Assembly (NCBI GenBank): GCA_963834015.1
Contig: CAWIAG010000004.1
Coordinates: forward strand, 1,749,926 to 1,813,925
DNA from: an uncultured Ignavibacteriales bacterium
GTDB taxonomy: Bacteria; Bacteroidota; Ignavibacteria; Ignavibacteriales; Ignavibacteriaceae
Length of the DNA stretch: 64,000 nucleotides
Direction of reading: 5' to 3'
In this document: positions 8,946-17,429 of the stretch, piece after piece
Layout: every line of letters starts with the position of its first letter
How positions within the stretch are numbered: the stretch's first letter is position 1
The notes under the pieces: generated by a model
Database searches by the model: none
Told to the model about the DNA's origin: nothing
Seen by the model: the letters and a program-made list of their open reading frames with translations, nothing else
Translations under genes and position numbers: made by a program

Positions 8946-9343
8946 AACAACCCGTAAAAAAGATTGATGTAAATAAATATTTGGATTTTATAAAAGTTTC
9001 CGATGACTTTTCAAACGGAAGTGAATCTGCATATACATTCGAATACTATAATGCCGCCGGAGTTTTAGTAATTCATGCTGCAATTGCGCTTGCTGATGCT
9101 GTTACAATCAAACTATCCGGCAAAAAATGCAGCGGTGAAAGTCATTATGATATTATAGACTTATTAAGACTTGTCACTCCACCATCGCAGAATAAAAATA
9201 AATCATTAGATCAGTTCAAAAAATTGATTGATCATAAAAATAAAGTTTCATACTATGGTGATATCTATTTTAAGAAAGATGTAGATAAATTATTAAATCA
9301 TTTCAAAAGGTTTAAATCCTGGGCCGGTATGTTGCTAATGTAA
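8942..9343 (+). CDS. HEPN-like helical protein, partner of the nucleotidyltransferase
   Basis: Its ATGA start overlaps the upstream gene by 4 nt. 133 aa and helical. GESHYDIIDLL and LIDHKNKVSYYG resemble PF05168-type HEPN helices, but I find no canonical Rx4-6H motif. Confidence 0.5.
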   Translation: MKQPVKKIDVNKYLDFIKVSDDFSNGSESAYTFEYYNAAGVLVIHAAIALADAVTIKLSGKKCSGESHYDIIDLLRLVTPPSQNKNKSLDQFKKLIDHKNKVSYYGDIYFKKDVDKLLNHFKRFKSWAGMLLM

Positions 9344-9443
9344 AATACTATCTTTAATTGCATTAAGTTCTAAAAGAGATATTGACTTGATTTTACTATA
9401 ATTTAAACCGGCAGGTTTGTAAGAAAGGCATGAGCTTATTTTA

Positions 9444-9511
9444 AGCGTAAAGACATCCTGTTTGTCCCGCTTGTCCCGCCAAGGCGGTGGTCCGATTCCT
9501 TATCGGGAGGG
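9444..9511 (-). repeat. Third copy of module Y (cgtaaagaca...ggtgg..ccg...cttatcgggaggg)
   Basis: By-eye alignment to 6451-6515 and to the reverse complement of 2776-2833. Confidence 0.65.
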
Positions 9512-9598
9512 TTAGGCGAATCACGAATTTTTTTCCCCTCTCTTTATTAGGAGAGAGGGTGATTTTGTATCGTCATGAAACAATAAATGTGTGAATGA

Positions 9599-10267
9599 TT
9601 AATTCAAAAGCTCCATGGGAAATGGTTTGCCATGTCCAGGGTACACCATATTTATTTTTAGCTCGTGAAGTTTTTCTAAACTTTTTGTCAGTTCATCATG
9701 ATCCTGAATTATATTTGCCGATTCCGGTTTTTTGTTATTAACAAGTGTATCTCCTGAAAACAAATCGCCCGCGCCGGTTAATATGCCGATTGAGCCTTTT
9801 GTGTGTCCGGGTAAATGTATAACTTTTGCATTGAACCCATATTCCTGCAGGCTCTGGCCGTCATGCAGATAGATATCCGGTGTAAACTGATCCGTATTTA
9901 TTTTTTTCTTCTTTAATTTTCTTAAAAAAATAATAATTGCAAACATGATTTTTCTTGAAAGGTGTTTTACTTTTCTTTTTCCGGGAGAGCCTGATTGTAT
10001 GATTGAATAATCATCTTTGTGCATTGCTATAACGGCATTATATTTTTCCTTAAGTTTTTTACAATTGCCGGAATGATCCCTGTCCCCGTGTGTTAAAATT
10101 ACCAGTTTTAATTTGCCGGGAAGGCAGCCGTTGGAAATTAATTCTTTTTCCAATTTTCCCCATTGCATGGGTAATCCGGTATCTATTAAAATAAAGCCCG
10201 TGCCCAGCTTAAAAAGATAAGCGTTTACAAAGGAGAGTGGAATGGTTTTTATATTTTCGTCAATCAT
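9599..10267 (-). CDS. MBL-fold metallo-hydrolase
   Basis: ILIDTG, then LTHGDRDHSG (HxDxDH-like variant of the MBL HxHxDH motif), HLPGHTKGS, and PGHG at the C-terminus. Confidence 0.8.
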   Translation of the reverse strand: MIDENIKTIPLSFVNAYLFKLGTGFILIDTGLPMQWGKLEKELISNGCLPGKLKLVILTHGDRDHSGNCKKLKEKYNAVIAMHKDDYSIIQSGSPGKRKVKHLSRKIMFAIIIFLRKLKKKKINTDQFTPDIYLHDGQSLQEYGFNAKVIHLPGHTKGSIGILTGAGDLFSGDTLVNNKKPESANIIQDHDELTKSLEKLHELKINMVYPGHGKPFPMELLN

Positions 10268-10290
10268 ATTTTTATCCTCGGCTTTTATGA

Positions 10291-13062
10291 TTAATTATTT
10301 ATAACGAAGTTATATTTGCCGGATCCGATGTGCAATATAATTTTTCCGCCGGCTGACTGCACCATCTGTATTTCTTTTATCTGCTCTACAGGTTTGCCGC
10401 TTTCAAAGATATTGTCTTTTGAACCTGCCGGCATGAAAACATCCGCCGTGGTGTTGGGCGGAACCTGGATGTTAAGCTGTGTTGAATTATTATCAACTGT
10501 CCAGCCGGATGAAATCATCCCGTATATGGAGTGATATTCTGCTTTGGCATATTTTAACTGTTTTGTTATGTGCGGATCTATAATAATGTTTTTGTAACCG
10601 GGGCTGCCGCTGTCTATATCTATTCCGGCAACACAACTGTAAAGCCATTTGCCGACAGCTCCGTATGCGTAATGATTAAATGAATTCATGCCGTCACTCT
10701 GAAAAGACCCGTTTCTTTTTATTCCGTCCCAGCGTTCCCAAATTGTGGTGGCGCCTTTTGTTACGGGATAAAGCCATGAAGGATATTCTTTTCTGAAGAG
10801 AAGCATATATGCTAAATCCGTGTAACCGTTATCTGTAAGTACCCGGCTGATCCTTGAAGCGCCGAGGAACCCTGTTGTAAGATGCCCGAAATTATTAACA
10901 TCATCCGCCAGGCGTTTAGCCGCCGGTGCAATCATGTCCGCAGGAATAATATTGAAATCCAGAGCCAGTGCATAAGCGGTCTGCGTGTTGGATGCAAGTC
11001 TTCCGTTCTGAGTTATAAATTCTTTTTGAAAGGCTTCTTTAATATTTTTCATTAACGCGGTGAATTCTTGTGCATCCTGTTCATTGCCGAGTATTGAAGC
11101 AATTTTCTGCATAAGGTCTGCGGCATGATAAAAGTATGCAGTGCCTATCAGGTCCTTATCGGTTGTTGCTCCCGGATAGTCTGACCTGTCGGTTGCAAAC
11201 GCAAGCCAATCGCCGAAGCCGACATTTTTATTCCATAAGTAGGAATCGCCGGCAATTTTCTTTATGTAATTAAGCCAGCCTTTCATACAACTGTATTGGG
11301 TTTGAAGTATCCGGGTATCGCCGTAGTTTTGATAGACCGTCCATGGTACGATAATGGCAGCATCGGCCCAGCCTGCTGCACCTCCGCCGTCATTGCCCAG
11401 GATATTTGGAATTACGTGCGGTATCCTGCCGTCTTCAAGCTGATCCGCAGTAAAGTCTTTCATCCACTTGGTGTAGAAAGATGCGGCATCCATATTAAAA
11501 CATGCGGTTGGTGAGAAGACTTCTGCGTCTCCCGTCCATCCTAATCTTTCATCTCGCTGGGGGCAGTCGGTTGGCACATCTACAAAGTTGCCTCTTAATC
11601 CCCACTGGATATTTTTTTGAAGCCGGTTAATTAATGAATCGGAGCACTCAAAATTGCCGGATGGGGTCATATCCGAATGAATCACCATACCGGTTATATC
11701 ATTTAGAGAAATATCGCCGGGATAATTTGTTACAGCCACGTACCTGAAACCCTGGAATGTAAAATGCGGTTGAAATACTTCTGCACCGCTGCCTTTAAAA
11801 GTATATTCAACATTTTGTTTTGCTTTGCGGAGATTTGCCGTATAAATGTTTCCTTCTTTATTCAGTACCTCTGCATGCCGCAGGGTTATTTTATCGCCGG
11901 CATTGCCTTTTAATTTAAATTGAATCCAGCCTACCATATTTTGCCCCATGTCGAAAACCAAATCGCCGTTGGGTGTCTTAAATTCTTTAGCGGGCTTTAT
12001 TGTTTGTGTTATTCTAACGGCAGGCCCTTCGGTTGCTGTAAGAATATCTTTATTGTAATCTTTAACAGTTGTGCCGCTCCAGCCGCTGTCGTCATAGCCA
12101 GGCTTATCCCAGCCGTCTTTTTCCAGCCGTGCATCATAAGTTTCACCGTCATAAATTTCCGACATTAATATCGGGCCGGTGGATGATTTCCATTCCGGGC
12201 CGGATTTAATTATTTCCGATGTCCCGTCCGTATAAGTGATATTGATTTGAAGAAGGAGGCCGGTTTTATCTCCAAAATTATTTGCCTTATAATCCCATGT
12301 TAAAGGTCCTTTGTACCAGCCGTCGCCGAGGATTACGCCGAATGCGTTTTTACCTGACTGGATATTCCGCGTTACATCGTAAACCTGGTATTGAAGGCGT
12401 TTGTTATAGCTGGTCCAGCCGGGAGTGAAAAACCTGTTGCCGATTTTTTCACCGTTGATATGAAACTCATAAAGGCCATGGCATGTTACATAGGCTCTTG
12501 CAGATTTAACGGATTTATGGATTTCAATTTCATCCCTGAGCATAGGGCAGGGGCTGTAATTATTATCGTTTAGTTTCAACTGAGGCTCAATCCATTCAGC
12601 CTGCCAGTCAGATGATTGTAGCAGACCCATTTCCCAGAATGAAACTTCGCTCCATCCGGATTCGTCACCTTCGTTATCCAGGATTTTAACCTGCCAGAAT
12701 ACACGCTGCGCGGATTGCAAAGCGGCGCCGTTATATACAATCTGGTTGGACTGGCCGGAAATAATTTTACCGCTGTCCCATAAAAGATTTTTACCGCTTA
12801 ATAAATCTTTTTCAGACAGTGATGCGCGTACCATGTAAGCGCTCTGCATAATGTTCCTTTTAGAGGAAACAATTTCCCAGCTAAGCCGGGGCTGTTTATC
12901 GCCGATGCCGACGGGATTGAAGATGTAATCCGTCCTGAGATCGGTCACTTTTAATAAGTCAGATGCCATAACAGGATGAAAAAATAGTATAATTTGTAAT
13001 AAAACAAATAATAAAAAGCTGCGGCAGGTATTCCGCGGGAGTAGTCCTGTCATCTGTATCAT
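10291..13062 (-). CDS. Alpha-L-rhamnosidase, glycoside hydrolase family 78, secreted
   Basis: LKVTDLRTDYIFNPVGIGDKQPRLSWEI...QSAYMVRAS is the classic Bac_rhamnosid_N start, with DCPQRDERLGWTGDA in the catalytic domain. I moved the start to ATG 13062 (MIQMTGLL..., signal peptide). The track ORF extends to 13161. Confidence 0.9.
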   Translation of the reverse strand: MIQMTGLLPRNTCRSFLLFVLLQIILFFHPVMASDLLKVTDLRTDYIFNPVGIGDKQPRLSWEIVSSKRNIMQSAYMVRASLSEKDLLSGKNLLWDSGKIISGQSNQIVYNGAALQSAQRVFWQVKILDNEGDESGWSEVSFWEMGLLQSSDWQAEWIEPQLKLNDNNYSPCPMLRDEIEIHKSVKSARAYVTCHGLYEFHINGEKIGNRFFTPGWTSYNKRLQYQVYDVTRNIQSGKNAFGVILGDGWYKGPLTWDYKANNFGDKTGLLLQINITYTDGTSEIIKSGPEWKSSTGPILMSEIYDGETYDARLEKDGWDKPGYDDSGWSGTTVKDYNKDILTATEGPAVRITQTIKPAKEFKTPNGDLVFDMGQNMVGWIQFKLKGNAGDKITLRHAEVLNKEGNIYTANLRKAKQNVEYTFKGSGAEVFQPHFTFQGFRYVAVTNYPGDISLNDITGMVIHSDMTPSGNFECSDSLINRLQKNIQWGLRGNFVDVPTDCPQRDERLGWTGDAEVFSPTACFNMDAASFYTKWMKDFTADQLEDGRIPHVIPNILGNDGGGAAGWADAAIIVPWTVYQNYGDTRILQTQYSCMKGWLNYIKKIAGDSYLWNKNVGFGDWLAFATDRSDYPGATTDKDLIGTAYFYHAADLMQKIASILGNEQDAQEFTALMKNIKEAFQKEFITQNGRLASNTQTAYALALDFNIIPADMIAPAAKRLADDVNNFGHLTTGFLGASRISRVLTDNGYTDLAYMLLFRKEYPSWLYPVTKGATTIWERWDGIKRNGSFQSDGMNSFNHYAYGAVGKWLYSCVAGIDIDSGSPGYKNIIIDPHITKQLKYAKAEYHSIYGMISSGWTVDNNSTQLNIQVPPNTTADVFMPAGSKDNIFESGKPVEQIKEIQMVQSAGGKIILHIGSGKYNFVINN

Positions 13063-13452
13063 GTTGTTGTTCCATTCGTATTTTAAAAATAATTGTTTGC
13101 ATAGAAATACAGTTAAGGTAATATAATTTTTTACGTTCCAGATAATGTTGTAAAACTTCATATTAAAAATAAGCAGTAATTTATTAATTATATTGGCTTC
13201 AGTCGCATGGGCGGAACTATGAAATATCTCTCTGCCAATAATAAGGAATTTTTATTAGCTTTGTATGAGGCTTTGACCAGTTAAGGCAGGTAAAAAAAAA
13301 TAGATTACTATAATACGGTTAGCTTTATTGCATTTAAGCCTGATAAGAGTGAAACATTAAATTAGCGAAGCCTGCCCGTCTGCAGGCAGATGGTTTTCGA
13401 CTTACAAGATAATAATATTAATAATAATTGAATTTAATCCTGGAGATTAAAT

Positions 13453-15363
13453 ATGAATATTGCGCTTAAGAATATTCAGAATATAATTGAGAAAATTAAA
13501 GACGTTAATATTATTTTATACGGAGATTTTTGTCTTGATGCATACTGGGTGCTTGACCCGCGCGGTTCGGAAATTTCCGTTGAAACGGGACTTAAAGCTC
13601 TGGCTGCGGGCAATCAAAAGTATTCACTGGGCGGAGCTTCCAATGTGGCTGCCAATCTTGCAGCGCTAAAACCAAAGCAGGTTAAAATATTCGGAGTGGC
13701 AGGAAGCGATATCTTCGGCCAGGAAATGATAAGGCAGCTTAAGTTTACCGGAATTGATACCGGCGGACTGGTTATTCAGGAAGGAAATTTTGAGACCTAT
13801 ACATTTTCTAAATTAATTCTTGAAGGTAATGAACAGCCCAGGATTGATTTCGGGACGTATAATAAAAGAACTAAAGCTACAGATGATACTATTTTAATAA
13901 ATATCCGCAGCAATATAAAAAGCTCTGATGTAATTGTTATTAACCAGCAGGTTCCTGGCAGCATAACAAACCATGAATTTATTGACGGCTTAAACGAAAT
14001 TGTTAATGATTTTCCCGATAAGATATTCATAGTAGACTCCAGGCATTATTCTGCGGAATTTAAAAATGTATGCATGAAAACCAATGAAATAGAAGCAGCC
14101 ATACTTAACGGCATAAATGCAGAACCTGGAGATATCTTTAATGTAAATGATGTTAAGAAATTTGCGCAAGGTTTGTATGAAAAACATAACAGGCCGTCAT
14201 TCATAAGCCGGGGTAAATACGGTATTATTGCCTGCGATGCAGAAGGAATTCATGAAGTGCCTGGTTTACAATTCATAAAAAAGCTGGATACCGTAGGCGC
14301 GGGTGATACGGCATTAAGTGCTATATCATGTGCGCTTGCTGCAAAAATAAACACGTACGGCGCTATAGAATTTGCAAATTTTGCCGCAGGAGTAACAGTG
14401 CAAAAATTATTTCAAACAGGTACGGCAAGCCCTGAAGAAATATTATCGCTTAGTTCCGATCCTAATTATATATATCAGCCGGAACTGGCTGCGGATATCA
14501 GGTCGGCAAAATATTGGAAAAATTCTGAGATTGAATTATGCGGCAGCAGCCCGGATTTTTTTGAGAAGGGTAAAATTAAACATGCTGTTTTCGACCATGA
14601 CGGTACAATAAGTGTACTGCGTGAAGGATGGGAGCATGTTATGGGGCCAATGATGATAAAAGCTATTCTGGGTGAAAAATATAATAATGCGGATGAATAT
14701 TTGTATAACAAGGTTGTAAACCGGGTGAGGGATTATATTGATAAATCAACCGGGATACAAACAGTGCAGCAAATGGAGGGATTAATTGAACTGATCCGGG
14801 AATTTAATATAGTCCCGAAAGATAAAATCCTGGATAAATTCGGCTATAAAGAAATTTTTAACTATGCATTAATGGAAATGGTGAACAGGCGTGTAGATAA
14901 ATTAAATATGAAAGAACTGGACATCATGGATTTTGCAGTTAAAGGGGCAATTGAATTTTTAAATTACCTGTCGGCAAAAGGAATAAAGCTTTACCTGGCA
15001 AGCGGTACCGATAATGATGATGTAATCAGGGAAGCTAAAGCAATGGGTTATGCCCATTTATTTAACGGCGGAATATACGGAGCTATAGGAGATATAAGTA
15101 GGTATTCGAAAAAAATGGTAATGGAAAAAATAATTAAAGATAATAACCTTCAGGGAACCGAGCTTGTAACTTTTGGAGACGGCCCTGTAGAAATGCGTGA
15201 ATGCAGAAAAGTCGGCGGTATTGCAGTTGGTATAGCAAGCGATGAAATCAGGAGGTATGGTCTAAATGCAGAGAAACGCACCAGGTTAATTAAAGCCGGG
15301 GCCCAGATATTAATCCCGGATTATTCGCAAAGGAAGTATTTACAGGAAATATTATTTGATTGA
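13453..15363 (+). CDS. Fusion protein: RfaE/HldE-domain-I-like PfkB sugar kinase (N-terminal) plus capped HAD-superfamily hydrolase (C-terminal)
   Basis: Kinase half: ILYGDFCLDAYW...GGASNVAANLAAL and DTVGAGDTALSA. HAD half: motif I FDHDGTIS, motif II LYLASGTD, motif IV TFGDGPVE, with about 100 aa between motifs I and II (cap). Confidence 0.7.
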   Translation: MNIALKNIQNIIEKIKDVNIILYGDFCLDAYWVLDPRGSEISVETGLKALAAGNQKYSLGGASNVAANLAALKPKQVKIFGVAGSDIFGQEMIRQLKFTGIDTGGLVIQEGNFETYTFSKLILEGNEQPRIDFGTYNKRTKATDDTILINIRSNIKSSDVIVINQQVPGSITNHEFIDGLNEIVNDFPDKIFIVDSRHYSAEFKNVCMKTNEIEAAILNGINAEPGDIFNVNDVKKFAQGLYEKHNRPSFISRGKYGIIACDAEGIHEVPGLQFIKKLDTVGAGDTALSAISCALAAKINTYGAIEFANFAAGVTVQKLFQTGTASPEEILSLSSDPNYIYQPELAADIRSAKYWKNSEIELCGSSPDFFEKGKIKHAVFDHDGTISVLREGWEHVMGPMMIKAILGEKYNNADEYLYNKVVNRVRDYIDKSTGIQTVQQMEGLIELIREFNIVPKDKILDKFGYKEIFNYALMEMVNRRVDKLNMKELDIMDFAVKGAIEFLNYLSAKGIKLYLASGTDNDDVIREAKAMGYAHLFNGGIYGAIGDISRYSKKMVMEKIIKDNNLQGTELVTFGDGPVEMRECRKVGGIAVGIASDEIRRYGLNAEKRTRLIKAGAQILIPDYSQRKYLQEILFD

Positions 15364-15830
15364 AAATATCAGGATTTTATGTAATATAAACAATTGCGCA
15401 GGAATTATTATATAAGCCGCAATAAATTTTGTTATTCAATTTCGGCAGCTATGCGTATCTGTCTTTTATTCAAAGTATATTACTTTTAATCCTGTTTACG
15501 GAAGGTAAACTGATCCTCCGGAGGCGGACAAGTGAAAGAGTTAAGGGCAAATTTATTAGTATCATTAACAACGCGATTAATCGTGGAGTTAATGATGAAG
15601 CACCTTATAGTCTTCAACCGTTTTAAGGGTTTACGGTACACTTATAAGAAGTAAGGCAAAACAAATTATTGAATATTTGTGAATGAATTTTAACACAAAT
15701 TCTAAAAGTAGAGCTACTAAAACCATGACTGAAGAGTCAAACATTTAAAGCGCCGGGCAGATTGTAGATAAATATGAAATTTAAAATGTTTTATTTGTTA
15801 TATTCAGGAAAATATTTCTTTTATTAAATA

Positions 15831-17243
15831 ATGGATAACCAAATGGATACAAGACGAGAATTTATTAAAAAAATCGGGTTGAGCACTGCGGCTATAGCAG
15901 TAGGCACATCTTTATTAGACGGCCAGCAAGCTAAGATAAATCCTAAGACAAAGCCTGTTGTAACGGACGCTATGCATTACAACCGTATTATCGGTGCGAA
16001 TGACCGCGTTCATGTTGGTGTTGTAGGTTTTTCACATCGTTTTGAAGACACTCTTAGTCTGGCATTCAAAGCAAATGCTAAAGATATGAATATGGAATTT
16101 ACCGCTGTCTCCGATATATGGAACCAAAGAAGAGATGCCGGTATTTATTATCTGAACGGATTAACGGGAAATAAAATTACCGGGTACAGAAACAATGAAG
16201 AATTATATGAGAAATCAAAGGTTGATGCTGTTATTATCAGTACGGCTGATTTTCAGCATGCTTATCATGCCACGGAAGCCGTAAGGGCAGGGCGCGATGC
16301 TTATGTAGAAAAACCTTTAGCGGAATCGATGGCGGATAATAAAATGGTGCTTAATGCGGTAAAGGAGACAAAGAAAATAGTTCAGATAGGTTCCCAGAGG
16401 CGGAGCGCAAAAAATTATCAGACTGCGGCGGAATATATTAAGTCAGGCAAATTCGGCTTTATAAAGTTTGTTGAAATGACATGGAATGTAAACCAGCCGG
16501 ACCGCTGGCGTTTACCAGATGTAGTGGCTAAGTTAAAAGAGAGCGATACAGACTGGCAAAGATTTTTAGTTAACAGGGAAAGAATACCGTTTAATCCCCG
16601 TATTTATTGCGAGTACCGTTTATTCTGGCCTTATTCTTCGGGTATACCGGGGCAATGGATGTGCCATCAGATAGATACGGTGCATTGGTTTACAGGATTT
16701 AAACATCCTTTGAGTGTTGTTGCGGGCGGAGGAATTTATATGTGGAACGACGGCAGGAAAAACGCCGATACATTAACGGCTATATTGGAGTACGGCCCTG
16801 CCAATGATAAAGACACAACAAAGAGATTTCAGGTTAATTATACTTCAAGGTTTTCAAATTCGGCGGGTGATGTAAAGGAAATATATTACTCCAATGGTGG
16901 AGAGTTAAACCTTGATACAAACAAAGTGACTCCACATGGCGGTTTAACTAAAGAGCATGCTGAAAAATACCCGCAGTTCGGGCTTCATGAAAACCTTCTG
17001 CCTGAATTTGAACTTGCGGATAATAAGATAAAAAGCGTTACGGATGCAAATGCAGGAGCAGACCTGATGACGATTGCACACATGAGGAACTGGATGGAAT
17101 GTATTAGAAGCCGTCAACAACCGCATGCGCCAATTGAAGCAGGGTATAATCATTCAGTTGCAAGCATGATGGTAACAGAATCGTTACACAGAGGCAGAAA
17201 AGTTATTTTTGACGAAGGTAAACAGGAAATTGTAAATGCATGA
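15831..17243 (+). CDS. TAT-exported Gfo/Idh/MocA family oxidoreductase
   Basis: Twin-arginine signal TRREFIKKIGLSTAAIAVG, Rossmann motif VGVVGFSHRF, and the EKPL motif (YVEKPLA). Confidence 0.85.
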   Translation: MDNQMDTRREFIKKIGLSTAAIAVGTSLLDGQQAKINPKTKPVVTDAMHYNRIIGANDRVHVGVVGFSHRFEDTLSLAFKANAKDMNMEFTAVSDIWNQRRDAGIYYLNGLTGNKITGYRNNEELYEKSKVDAVIISTADFQHAYHATEAVRAGRDAYVEKPLAESMADNKMVLNAVKETKKIVQIGSQRRSAKNYQTAAEYIKSGKFGFIKFVEMTWNVNQPDRWRLPDVVAKLKESDTDWQRFLVNRERIPFNPRIYCEYRLFWPYSSGIPGQWMCHQIDTVHWFTGFKHPLSVVAGGGIYMWNDGRKNADTLTAILEYGPANDKDTTKRFQVNYTSRFSNSAGDVKEIYYSNGGELNLDTNKVTPHGGLTKEHAEKYPQFGLHENLLPEFELADNKIKSVTDANAGADLMTIAHMRNWMECIRSRQQPHAPIEAGYNHSVASMMVTESLHRGRKVIFDEGKQEIVNA

Positions 17244-17429
17244 GTTCTTACGAGACGGGATCGCATAGGGATAAACTATGCCCTGTCTTGTAAAAGGAAT
17301 GTATCTGATAGTATGCTTAAAGTTAATTATAATTCTGTTTTGCTATTGGAAGCGGTTTTAATGCAGTATTCCCGTCTTGTAATAAAGAAGTGTTTTTATT
17401 TATTTAATATTAATTACTAAATAATAATT

